Positions 42,035 through 51,091 of a stretch of DNA of 64,000 bases are shown one piece after another. Source of the DNA: an uncultured beta proteobacterium. GTDB taxonomy: Bacteria > Pseudomonadota > Gammaproteobacteria > Burkholderiales > Casimicrobiaceae. The stretch's first letter is position 1; the number at the start of each line of letters is the position of its first letter. The notes beneath the pieces were generated by a model. That model saw only the letters and a list, made by a program, of their open reading frames with translations, was not told the DNA's origin and ran no database searches. Made by a program: the position numbers and the translations under genes. The stretch is taken from assembly GCA_963830485.1 (NCBI GenBank), contig CAWHNE010000029.1, forward strand, positions 437,903 to 501,902, read 5' to 3'.

Positions 42035-43455
42035 ATGGAGCTCCACGTCAGCCTCGTCGGCCGCCATGACCTCGCCGGCGAAATCTACCGACAGCTGCGG
42101 GCCCTGATCCTCGACGGGAGGCTGCGCGAAGGCGAGCGTTTGCCGCCGAGTCGCGAGTTGGCGCGGGGGCTGAGCGTTTCGCGGACGACCGTCAACGTCG
42201 CGTACGACCGTTTGATGAGCGAGGGCTTCGTGACGCCTCGTGTCGGCGCGGGGACCTTCGTCAGCGGCCATTGCGAGCCTCGTCGCACCGATTTGAAGGG
42301 GCCAGCGGGCGTGTTGCGCCCGCGCCCGTTCTGGGACGAAGTGCCCCTTCCCACCCAACTCTGGTGGCCGGCGAGGTTCGACTTCCGCTCCGGGATTCCC
42401 GATGCGCGCTTGTTCCCCTACGAGACATGGCGTCGCCTGATGGCACGTGAGCTGCGCGCCTCGGCGGTCGGGCACGGGGAGTATTCGGACCCGGCGGGAC
42501 ACCGCGGGCTGCGCGAGGCGATCGCCCGGCACATCGGCGTCGCCCGCGGCGTCGTCGCGTCGGGCGACGACGTGATCGTCACGAACGGCACGCAGCAGGC
42601 GGTCGACATCGTGGCGCGTGCACTGGTGGCCCCCGGCGACCGCGTCGTCGTCGAAGATCCCGGCTACACACCGCCGCGACGACTGTTCGCGTCGCTGGGG
42701 GCGAGGGTGACCGGGGTACCCGTGGATGCGGAGGGCCTGGTCGTCGACGCGATCCCGCGCGACACGCGGCTGGTGCACGTCACGCCCTCGCACCATTTTC
42801 CCCTCGGTGTGTCGATGTCACTCGCGCGCCGCATCGCGCTGCTCGCGTGGGCGGAAAGCAACGACGCTGCCATCCTCGAGGATGACTACGACAGCGAGTT
42901 CCGTTTCGTCGGACGGCCGATCGAACCGCTCCAGACCCTCGACCGGGCCGGCCGGGTCGATCTACGTCGGCTCGTTCTCGAAGACGATGCTGGCGACGCT
43001 GCGCGTGGGGTTCGTGGTGGCGCCTGCCTCGGTCGCGCACGCCATCCAGGCCGCCAAGTACCTGACCGACTGGCACACCGCGCTGCCTACGCAGGCGGCG
43101 CTCGCGCGGTTCATCGAAGAGGGCTCGTTCGCGCGCCACGTTCGCCGGATGCGCGCGGTGTATCTGGCGCGTCACAAACGGATCGTCGCGACGCTGACGA
43201 CGATGTTCGCCGACGAGCTCGACGTCGTGGCTTCGTCGGTCGGGATGCACATCTGCGCGATTGCACGGCAGGGCGACGGTCGATCAGATCGCGAGGATCG
43301 TCGCTCGGGCGACGGACGCCGGCGTCGCGTGCCATCCGTTGTCGATGTTCGCCTTCGGCGGACCGCCGCGGGCCGGTCTCGTGCTCGGCTACGGGGGAAT
43401 CGCGACCGAAGACATCGACGAAGGGCTTGCGGCGCCTGCGTTCGTGTTTTCGTGA
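42035..43455 (+). pseudogene. MocR-type GntR/aminotransferase-fusion regulator, two frame breaks
   Basis: GntR wHTH ...LPPSRELARGLSVSRTTVNVAYDRLMSEGF..., then a class-I aminotransferase fold. The reading hops +1 at ~42959 (...LDRAGRV | IYVGSFSKTMLATLRVGF..., with the PLP-lysine motif SFSK) and at ~43260 (...HICAI | ...TVDQIARIVARATDAGV...). It ends at 43455. Confidence 0.8.
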
Positions 43456-43715
43456 CTCGCCGAGCGTGGCCACCTCGCCCGCGATGTCAGTGAAATGAAA
43501 CGGCGAACCGCGCTGATCACGATGTGTGCTATCGACACGGCGATCTGGGGCGTCGTTGTAATCGCGACCCTCATGTCAGGATCGGACGCAGGGCCTCGAC
43601 CAGGCCGCCGGTTCGTTGGTGTCGTCGCCTTCGCCTGAATCGGAATCGGTCCGTGAAGGGGCTTGACAGGGACTCCGCATCCGCCTATGGTACATACCAA
43701 CCAGTCGGTATATAC

Positions 43716-44360
43716 ATGGCGACGACGAGAACCCGGGACAGCACGGCCACGCGAGCGCGGCTCCTCGATGCGGCCCGCGACGTCATTCGCGCGCAGGGCT
43801 ACACGGCGACGACGGTCGACGACATCTGCGCCGCCGCCGGCGTGTCCAAGGGCAGCTTCTTCCATCACTTCCGGACCAAGGACGAGCTGGGCGTCGCGGC
43901 GATCGAGCAGTTCGACGCGATGGCCACCGCGCTCTTCGCCTCTGCGCCGTACACGAAGAAGCGCGACCCGCGCGAGCGCCTCCTGGGCTACGTCGATTTC
44001 CGCATCGCCATCCTGCAGGGCGACATCGCGCAGTTCACCTGCCTCATGGGCACGACGGTGCAGGAGGTCTATGCGACGCACCCGGACCTCCGAGCCGCCT
44101 GCGACCGCGGGATGTCGGGGCACATCGCAGTGCTCGTGAAGGACGTCGAGGCGGCCAAGCGACGCTACGCGCCCGACGCGCCGTGGAGCGCGGAGAGCGT
44201 CGGCTACTTCATGCAGTCCGTCCTCCAAGGGGCCTTCATCTACGCGAAGGTCAAGCAGGGCCCGCAGGTGGCGGTCGAGTGCCTTTTGCACCTCCGCCGT
44301 TACCTCGAAACGCTGTTCAACCCGCCGCGAGGCGACAACCGCAAGGAGAAGAGACGATGA
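43716..44360 (+). CDS. TetR-family transcriptional regulator
   Basis: Inside ORF 43524..44360. ATG 43716: MATTRTRDSTATRARLLDAARDVIRAQGYTATTVDDICAAAGVSKGSFFHHF. Confidence 0.85.
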   Translation: MATTRTRDSTATRARLLDAARDVIRAQGYTATTVDDICAAAGVSKGSFFHHFRTKDELGVAAIEQFDAMATALFASAPYTKKRDPRERLLGYVDFRIAILQGDIAQFTCLMGTTVQEVYATHPDLRAACDRGMSGHIAVLVKDVEAAKRRYAPDAPWSAESVGYFMQSVLQGAFIYAKVKQGPQVAVECLLHLRRYLETLFNPPRGDNRKEKRR

Positions 44361-44833
44361 GCCAGTCGCAAGCAACGACGATTCCGAACGGCATGCACTC
44401 GGTGACGCCCCACCTCGTCTGTGCCGGCGCGGCAGAGGCGATCGAGTTCTACAAGAAGGCCTTCGACGCCGTGGAAACCTCGCGGCTTCCGGGTCCCGCG
44501 GGCAAGCTCATGCATGCCTCGGTCCGGATCGGCGATTCCGCGGTCATGCTGGTGGACGAAGCTCCGGAATGGGGGATGTTCGGGCCGAAGTCGCTCAACG
44601 GCTCACCCGTGACGATCCACCTCTACGTTGACGCGGTCGATGCGGTCGTGGCGCGCGCGGTCGAGGCGGGCGCGAAGGTCACAATGCCAGTCGCCGACAT
44701 GTTCTGGGGCGATCGCTACGGCGTGCTGGAAGATCCGTTCGGTCACCACTGGTCGATCGCGACGCACCTGCGCGACGTCACGTCGGCGGAGATGCAGCAG
44801 GCGATGCAAAAAATGTGCACCGAGCAGAAGTGA
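44357..44833 (+). CDS. VOC-family protein (PhnB-like)
   Basis: ATG 44357 overlaps the TetR stop (ATGA). ...VTPHLVCAGAAEAIEFYKKAFDA...MFWGDRYGVLEDPFGHHWSIA... Confidence 0.8.
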   Translation: MSQSQATTIPNGMHSVTPHLVCAGAAEAIEFYKKAFDAVETSRLPGPAGKLMHASVRIGDSAVMLVDEAPEWGMFGPKSLNGSPVTIHLYVDAVDAVVARAVEAGAKVTMPVADMFWGDRYGVLEDPFGHHWSIATHLRDVTSAEMQQAMQKMCTEQK

Positions 44834-44866
44834 CGTCAGGGCATCCCATCCGACAGGAGCTGCAGC

Positions 44867-45340
44867 ATGCTGAAGATCACGCCGTTCCTCTGGTTCGACG
44901 GGCAGGCCGAGGAGGCCGCGAACCACTACATCTCCGTCTTCCCGAATTCCCGCATCGTGAGCGTCCTGCGCACGGGAGACGCCGGGCCCGGACCCAAGGG
45001 CTCGGTGCTGACCGTCGCCTTCGAGCTCGACGGCAACGAAATCACCGCGCTGAACGGCGGTCCGCAGTTCAAGTTCACCGAGGCGGTTTCGCTGGTCGTG
45101 CACTGCACGACGCAGGAGGAGGTCGACCACTACTGGGAAAAGCTGAGCTCCGACGGCCACAAGAGCCAGTGCGGATGGCTCAAGGACAAGTTCGGCCTGT
45201 CCTGGCAGATCACGCCGACGTTCCTGATTGAAGCACTTCTCGACCAGGATCCCAAGCGCTCGGCGCGCGTCATGCACGCGATGATGCAGATGACCAAGAT
45301 CGACATCGGCGCGCTCAGAAAGGCGCAGGCCGGACCGTAA
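44867..45340 (+). CDS. VOC-family protein (3-demethylubiquinone-9 methyltransferase-domain type)
   Basis: 157 aa. MLKITPFLWFDGQAEEAANHYISVFPNS...CGWLKDKFGLSWQI... Confidence 0.8.
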   Translation: MLKITPFLWFDGQAEEAANHYISVFPNSRIVSVLRTGDAGPGPKGSVLTVAFELDGNEITALNGGPQFKFTEAVSLVVHCTTQEEVDHYWEKLSSDGHKSQCGWLKDKFGLSWQITPTFLIEALLDQDPKRSARVMHAMMQMTKIDIGALRKAQAGP

Positions 45341-45372
45341 GGTTCGGCCGGACGCCCGCGCGTCGCACGACG

Positions 45373-46506
45373 TCAGAGGCCGAACCAGCGGGCGCGACGA
45401 CTGGAACCGAAGTGGTCCTTCTCCGCGCCGAGCGCGGCCGAGGGCTCGTGGAAGGTTCCGGTCGGTGAGGGGCCCGAAAAGAAGTCCACGTCGACGCGAC
45501 CGATGCGCCCAGCGCCGAACTCGATGTAGCACGAGCCGGCGCCCGTATAGGGTCCCGCAGGCGCGCCGTGCCGGATGCGCGCGATCAGCGCGTCGGCGAC
45601 CGCACGGGCGGCGCACTCGGCAAACACACCTGCTTTCGGTGTCCCGGTGTTCGCGATATCGCCGATGGCGTACACGCTCGGGAAGCGGGTCTCCAGGGTC
45701 TTTGGATTCACGGTGACCCAACCGCTCTCGGTCATGCCGCTGGTTTCGACGACCTTCGGTGCGTGGTGCTTGGGGACGCCTAGAAAAAGGTCGTAGGGCA
45801 ATTCGCCGCCGTCGTCGAGAACGGCGACCCGACGCCCCGGGTCAAGACGGGACACGCGACGACTCGGGACGAACTTGATGCCTCGCTCGGTGAAGGCCGC
45901 GACCAACGCCCGGGAAGTGTCGGGTGACGGCGGGACAGGAGTCCCGAACGGGATCACGACGGTGATGTCGCAGTGTCCGCGAACGCCCCGGGTTTCGAGG
46001 AAGTCGTGCAGCAGCAATGCGCATTCGCTCGGTGCGGGCGGGCACTTGAAGGGTGCCGCGCAGACGCCGACGACGGCGTGGCCCTTCGCGAACGCGGGCA
46101 GCATGCGGCGCAGCTGATCTGCGCCCGCCACCGAGTAGAACTCGTTGCCACCCTCGGTGAGCCCCGGCGTCGCGTCGAGGTCGTAGTCGGCGCCGAGCGC
46201 AACGATCAGAAAGTCGGCCTCGTGGATTCCGCCGTCGGTGATGACGCGAAGCCGCTCGGGGTCGATCGAGGTGACCGTCTGCCGAACGAAGCGCACGCCG
46301 GGCTTCACGTAGTTCGCGTACGGCAGGCGGACGGCGTCGAGCGTCTTCCGGCCGAACATCACGTCGAGCTTCGAGTACCCGAACATGAACGATTCGTCCT
46401 TGTCGATCAGCGTGACGTCGATGTCATCACCGAACGACTCCGACAACAAGGTACAAAGCTCGAGCCCTCCGAACCCTGCCCCAAGCACCACGACACGCGT
46501 CTTCAT
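45373..46506 (-). CDS. NAD(P)/FAD-dependent oxidoreductase (NDH-2 / sulfide:quinone reductase-like)
   Basis: 377 aa. N-terminal dinucleotide fold MKTRVVVLGAGFGGLE, second fold ...AVVGVCAAPFKCPPAP... Confidence 0.8.
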   Translation of the reverse strand: MKTRVVVLGAGFGGLELCTLLSESFGDDIDVTLIDKDESFMFGYSKLDVMFGRKTLDAVRLPYANYVKPGVRFVRQTVTSIDPERLRVITDGGIHEADFLIVALGADYDLDATPGLTEGGNEFYSVAGADQLRRMLPAFAKGHAVVGVCAAPFKCPPAPSECALLLHDFLETRGVRGHCDITVVIPFGTPVPPSPDTSRALVAAFTERGIKFVPSRRVSRLDPGRRVAVLDDGGELPYDLFLGVPKHHAPKVVETSGMTESGWVTVNPKTLETRFPSVYAIGDIANTGTPKAGVFAECAARAVADALIARIRHGAPAGPYTGAGSCYIEFGAGRIGRVDVDFFSGPSPTGTFHEPSAALGAEKDHFGSSRRARWFGL

Positions 46507-46611
46507 CCGGCTCGATCCTCGAGAAGTGGGACGGACACTTTTCTTTCGACCGTCGACGTACGATAACGCAGAAGAAGATGAAAGAGGGAGCCAGTTCTGG
46601 CCGGCCCCGGG

Positions 46612-47025
46612 CTACTCGACAAGCTTGGCGCGGGCGGCCTTGATCTGCCCGCGCTTCACCTTGCTGTCGACGCGCCGTCGCTGCGAGCTCTTCGTGGGCC
46701 GGGTGGGCTTGCGCGCCCGCGGCGCGTGGGCCGCCGCGTCGACGATCTCCTGCAGGCGGGCGAGCGCATCCGCGAGGTTGCGCTCCTGCGTCCGATGGCG
46801 CTGCGCCTTGATGACGACGACGCCCGCGGGTGTAATGCGCTGATCGCCGCAAGCGAGGAGGCGCGCCTTGACCGGCTCCGGCAACGACGACCCCCGCACG
46901 TCGAAGCGCAGGTGGATCGCGGAGGCGACCTTGTTCACGTTCTGCCCGCCCGCGCCTTGCGCACGGACGGCGGTCCAGACTGTTTCGCTTTCCGCGATCG
47001 TGCAGGTTCGTTCGCGCTCGGTCAC
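46612..47025 (-). CDS. arfB: alternative ribosome-rescue factor / peptidyl-tRNA hydrolase ArfB
   Basis: 137 aa. GGQ motif in ...RAQGAGGQNVNKV... plus a basic C-terminal tail (...RKPTRPTKSSQRRRVDSKVKRGQIKAARAK...). Confidence 0.85.
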   Translation of the reverse strand: MTERERTCTIAESETVWTAVRAQGAGGQNVNKVASAIHLRFDVRGSSLPEPVKARLLACGDQRITPAGVVVIKAQRHRTQERNLADALARLQEIVDAAAHAPRARKPTRPTKSSQRRRVDSKVKRGQIKAARAKLVE

Positions 47026-47073
47026 GGCACGATCCTTGCATCAGAGTGTCCTGGATATCTTCTCACGTCGGCA

Positions 47074-47697
47074 ATGAGCACCAAGCGAAGACTTCTCGAC
47101 CCCCGTGACCGGCCCCGGTTCGCGGTATCAGCGGACGTGCCGCTGGCACTTGTACTGGAATGGGCGATCCTCAAGGATGCGCTCCGGCGTCCGCTAACCG
47201 CGTCGGAACGGGAATGCGTCGCAGACCTCGTCGAATTGCATGCAACATTTGTCGCTCAAGCCCGCGCGTCGCACGTAACGTCGCGGGACATCAAGCGCAC
47301 GCTCGGGGCGCTCGCCCGGATGGCACCCGACGAAGCGGGCAAGGCGTATGCGACTGCGGACGGTTGGACGCAGGCTCATATCGCAGCCGCATTGCGTCGT
47401 GCCGGCATACGAGATGAGGAGACGCTCACGCACGCGAGCGGTGAACAAGTCGTGAGCGCCGCGAGGTCCGCGATTGGCAGCATCGCAGGGCGCGCCGGTC
47501 GTGGCCTCGACGATGCGGAGTTCTCACGCGCAGTCATCGCGCTCTGGCGGGAATTCGGTGGCGCGGAGTGGTCGCCGTCCGCGAAGGATGACTTCGGTAC
47601 GCCGATCGTCCGGTTCGCGGCGGCCATCTTCCGGGCCGCCGGTTTGCGTCCCTGCGACTTGCCCGCCGTTGCTGCGCGTCTTCGAGCCGCCTTCTGA
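47074..47697 (+). CDS. hypothetical protein (207 aa)
   Basis: Tail of ORF 46726..47697. ATG 47074 (MSTKRRLLDPRDRPRF...). Normal amino-acid composition. The 5' part is visibly less GC-rich than its surroundings. No family recognised. Confidence 0.5.
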   Translation: MSTKRRLLDPRDRPRFAVSADVPLALVLEWAILKDALRRPLTASERECVADLVELHATFVAQARASHVTSRDIKRTLGALARMAPDEAGKAYATADGWTQAHIAAALRRAGIRDEETLTHASGEQVVSAARSAIGSIAGRAGRGLDDAEFSRAVIALWREFGGAEWSPSAKDDFGTPIVRFAAAIFRAAGLRPCDLPAVAARLRAAF

Positions 47698-47795
47698 TCA
47701 CGCGCGGGCGGATGCGCGATGGCAGGGGGTAGTATATCTACCTCGCCTGACGCAGCCTGCAGACACGGCGACGAACGCGGTACCTCGGGACCGAC

Positions 47796-49331
47796 ATGAG
47801 CGCTGGCCCATCCAAAACGACCGGTCCCGACCTGACCCTCGGTGTAGCCACCGACACTCTCGCCGATGGAAAGATGCTGTCTGGGCATGTCGGCGAGGAT
47901 GCAGCCCTGCTGGCGCGTCGCGGCGACGAGTTCTTCGCGATCGGTGCCACCTGTACTCACTACGGGGGACCGCTCGCCGAAGGGCTGATGGTCGACGACA
48001 CCGTGCGCTGTCCCTGGCACCACGCATGCTTCAACCTGCGAACCGGGGAAGCGGTGCGCGCGCCCGCGCTCGGTCCGGTCGCATGCTGGTCGACCGAGCT
48101 GCGCGACGGCAAGGTGTTCGTGCGCGAGAAGACGGTGCCTGCCTCGCGTCCCCGCGCCGCACCGGCGCCGGGATCACCGCGGAAGATCGTCATCGTTGGC
48201 GCTGGCGCCGCGGGCTTCGCCGCAGCGGAGATGCTGCGTCGCCAGCATTATCAGGGTGGCATCGTGATGCTGAGCGACGACGACGCGCCACCCGTGGACA
48301 GACCCAACCTGTCCAAGGATTACCTGGCCGGCAACGCGCCGGAGGAGTGGGTTCCGCTGCGGGACGCGACTTTCTACACCGGCGCGGATATCGATCTGCG
48401 CCTGAAGACGACCGTCACTGACATCGACGTGCACGCGCGCGAGCTTGGGCTCGGCGATGGCAGCAGGACGGGCTATGACCGGCTGTTGCTTGCTACCGGC
48501 GCCGAGCCCGTGCGATTGCCGCTGCCGGGCATGGACCTGCCGCATGTACACACACTGCGAACCCTCGGCGATTGCCGTGCCATCATCGCGCGGGCGGTGA
48601 CGGCGCGGCGGGCCGTCGTACTGGGCGCGAGTTTCATCGGTCTCGAGGTCGCCGCTTCGCTCCGCGCGCGCAACATCGAAGTGCACGTCGTGGCGCCGGA
48701 GAAGCGGCCGATGGAGCGCGTGCTGGGCCCGCAGATGGGGGACTTCGTGCGCACGTTGCACGAAGAGCACGGCGTGATCTTCCACCTGGAAGACACGGCG
48801 ACCGCGATCGACGCGGGCGAAGTCACTCTGAAAACCGGCGGCAAGATCGCCGCGGACCTGGTGATCGCGGGCGTGGGTGTGCGGCCACGGCTCGCGCTTG
48901 CCGAGAAGGCCGGACTTGCGATCGACCGTGGCGTGACTGTCAACGAATATCTCGAGACGAGCGCACCGGGAATCTTTGCGGCGGGCGACATCGCCCGCTG
49001 GCCCGACCCCCACAGCGGCGCGGCGATTCGCGTCGAGCACTGGGTCGTCGCACAGCGCCAAGGGCAGACGGCCGCGCTCAACATGCTCGGTGGCCGCGAG
49101 AAGTTCGACGCCGTGCCGTTCTTCTGGAGCCAGCACTACGACGTCCCGATCAACTACCTCGGTCACGCCGAGACGTGGGATGAGCTCGAGATCGACGGTG
49201 ACATCGCAGCCCGCGATTGCCTGCTGCGATACAAGCGCAATGGCCGCGTGCTCGCCGTTGCAACGATCTATCGCGACGCGGCGAGCCTCATGGCTGAAGC
49301 GGCGATGGAGCGGGGGGCGGTGGCGGCGTGA
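47796..49331 (+). CDS. Rieske [2Fe-2S] domain fused to FAD-dependent pyridine nucleotide-disulfide oxidoreductase
   Basis: 511 aa. Rieske ligands CTHYGGPL...CPWHHACF, then KIVIVGAGAAGFAAAE and a ferredoxin-reductase-like body. Confidence 0.9.
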   Translation: MSAGPSKTTGPDLTLGVATDTLADGKMLSGHVGEDAALLARRGDEFFAIGATCTHYGGPLAEGLMVDDTVRCPWHHACFNLRTGEAVRAPALGPVACWSTELRDGKVFVREKTVPASRPRAAPAPGSPRKIVIVGAGAAGFAAAEMLRRQHYQGGIVMLSDDDAPPVDRPNLSKDYLAGNAPEEWVPLRDATFYTGADIDLRLKTTVTDIDVHARELGLGDGSRTGYDRLLLATGAEPVRLPLPGMDLPHVHTLRTLGDCRAIIARAVTARRAVVLGASFIGLEVAASLRARNIEVHVVAPEKRPMERVLGPQMGDFVRTLHEEHGVIFHLEDTATAIDAGEVTLKTGGKIAADLVIAGVGVRPRLALAEKAGLAIDRGVTVNEYLETSAPGIFAAGDIARWPDPHSGAAIRVEHWVVAQRQGQTAALNMLGGREKFDAVPFFWSQHYDVPINYLGHAETWDELEIDGDIAARDCLLRYKRNGRVLAVATIYRDAASLMAEAAMERGAVAA

Positions 49332-49378
49332 GGGGCGATCGCGGCACGTTGGTTGTCTCGATTCGGACGCGTGCCCGG

Positions 49379-49394
49379 TGGCAAAATGGCAGCA
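49379..49394 (+). promoter_or_regulatory. candidate sigma-54 (-24/-12) promoter upstream of hcp
   Basis: TGGCAAAATGGCAGCA. GG (49380-81) and GC (49392-93) have the canonical 12-nt register of TGGCAC-N5-TTGCW. The -12 flank is CAGCA rather than TTGCA. It lies ~70 nt upstream of the hcp ATG. Confidence 0.35.
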
Positions 49395-49464
49395 TCGACT
49401 TCGTAACGCGCCCGCAAATCGGCCGCAGCCGCTTCGCCAAACCCCCAATCGGACGGGAGTCGAC

Positions 49465-50001
49465 ATGCCCAATGCGTTGAAGGACATCGTTCTGAAGCTC
49501 GACGGCATCGACGGCGAGAGCACCGTCAAAGGGCACGAGAACGAAATCGACGTCTTCTCGTACGAGCAGGGGATCGACCTCACCGTCATCCACAGCGCGG
49601 GCGGAGGCGGAGCGTCCGCCGGAAGGGCGAACTTCTCCGGCGTTCGGTTCCGGAAGAACGTCGATGTGGCGTCCATCCCGATGTTGCTTGCGTGCGCCTC
49701 GGGCACGCACATCGCCGAAGCCCGATTCACGTTCCGCCGGGGCGCCGCGGGCTTCGAGTTCTACAAGGTCACGCTCGAGGACGCGCTCATCGCGCACATG
49801 TACCAGCGGGGAGGGACGCGTGCGCAATATCCATTGTCGTTCGACGCCCTGAACTCAGGGGCTGCGAGCGACGGGTTCCTCGACGAGGTGACGCTCGACT
49901 ATCGCCGGATCTGGTGGGAGTACGACACGCAGAGCCCCAAAGGCGGAACCGGCGCGACATTCAAGGGCGGGTGGGACGTGGGGGCGAACAAGAAGCTCTA
50001 G
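49465..50001 (+). CDS. hcp: type VI secretion tube protein Hcp (Hcp1 family), orphan copy
   Basis: Tail of ORF 48976..50001. ATG 49465: MPNALKDIVLKLDGIDGESTVKGHENEIDVFSYEQG...GGGGASAGRANFSGVRFRKNVDVASIPMLLACASGTHI... matches the Hcp pattern (GES..GH..EIDV.S, the GGGG loop, and F.K..D.AS..L..AC..G.HI). Confidence 0.85.
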   Translation: MPNALKDIVLKLDGIDGESTVKGHENEIDVFSYEQGIDLTVIHSAGGGGASAGRANFSGVRFRKNVDVASIPMLLACASGTHIAEARFTFRRGAAGFEFYKVTLEDALIAHMYQRGGTRAQYPLSFDALNSGAASDGFLDEVTLDYRRIWWEYDTQSPKGGTGATFKGGWDVGANKKL

Positions 50002-50073
50002 GGTGAAAGTCGGTCCGGATCGGTGTGCGTTCACGCGCCGCAAGTCGCGTCAACGAACGCAAAGGAGGTCTCA

Positions 50074-50445
50074 ATGTCGCATTACGTCGATGGTTATGTT
50101 CTCCCTCTCCCCAAGAACAAGCTCGAAGACTATCGCCGCATGGCGGAGCTCGCCGGCAAGGTCTGGATGGAGCACGGCGCGCTGCAATTCTGGGAATGCG
50201 TCGCCGACGACGTGAAGCCCGGGAAGGTGACGTCGTTCCCCCAGGCCGTCCAGCTGAAGGACGACGAGGTGGTCGTGTTCAGCTGGATCCTCTACAAGAC
50301 GCGCGAGGATCGCGATCGGGTCAATGAGAAGGCGATGGCGGATCCGCGGCTCAAGGACATGATGGATCCGAAGAAGGTGCCCTTCGACGGGATGCGCATG
50401 TTCTGGGGCGGGTTCAAGAGCATCGTGGAGATGCCGGCGCGCTGA
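50074..50445 (+). CDS. DUF1428-family protein
   Basis: Inside ORF 50023..50445. ATG 50074 after AAAGGAGG: MSHYVDGYVLPLPKNKLEDYRRMAE... Confidence 0.75.
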   Translation: MSHYVDGYVLPLPKNKLEDYRRMAELAGKVWMEHGALQFWECVADDVKPGKVTSFPQAVQLKDDEVVVFSWILYKTREDRDRVNEKAMADPRLKDMMDPKKVPFDGMRMFWGGFKSIVEMPAR

Positions 50446-51091
50446 GGCCCGGCAACAGCGCAAGCAGGGCGGCGACGGCGACGACGAGCGCCTGCGGACT
50501 CGCCATCGCCCACAGCGTCAGCGCGGTAGTCGCGCACCAGAGCAGCGGCACGACCAGCAGCAGCCACCGGATGCGCCCGCGCACCAGCGAGAGCGTGGCA
50601 GTGGTCGCGATCGCCGTCGGGTCGGGCGCCACGCCGAAGACCTCGGCGGTCGTCCACGGGCGTCCCACGAGCGGCGCCAGCAGCGGATAACCCAGGACTG
50701 CGAGTGCGAGCAGCGCGACGGCGATCCAGAATGCAACGCCGCCCGGAGGCCGCAATGCGATTCGTCCGGCGACGACGCCGACCGCGACGAGGAGCAACGC
50801 CTGCAACGCGAACGCTCCCGCGAACCACGGCGCCACCCAGTTGATCTGGGCGTAGCGCAGGTAGAGAAAGCCCCAGGCGACCCACAGCCAGCAGGCGGCG
50901 AGCAGACCGGCGACGATGCGGTCGCGGTGCCTGAGCTTCCCGCACAGCAAGGCGACGATCGCGAGACCGATCGTCGCACCGGCGAGCTGCAGGGGCCAGA
51001 TCGCCAGGTTGTAGAGCTCGAACTGGCGGTAGTAGGTCCGCGGCGAGAACAGCAGGAAGCTCGTGAGCCGGTACGTCCACCACTCCGACAT
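50414..51091 (-). CDS. hypothetical polytopic membrane protein
   Basis: Last 225 codons of ORF 50414..51613. ATG 51091 overlaps the upstream stop (TGATG). MSEWWTYRLTSFLLFSPRTYYRQFELYN..., then ~6 hydrophobic spans. Confidence 0.65.
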   Translation of the reverse strand: MSEWWTYRLTSFLLFSPRTYYRQFELYNLAIWPLQLAGATIGLAIVALLCGKLRHRDRIVAGLLAACWLWVAWGFLYLRYAQINWVAPWFAGAFALQALLLVAVGVVAGRIALRPPGGVAFWIAVALLALAVLGYPLLAPLVGRPWTTAEVFGVAPDPTAIATTATLSLVRGRIRWLLLVVPLLWCATTALTLWAMASPQALVVAVAALLALLPGLSAPASPRCS

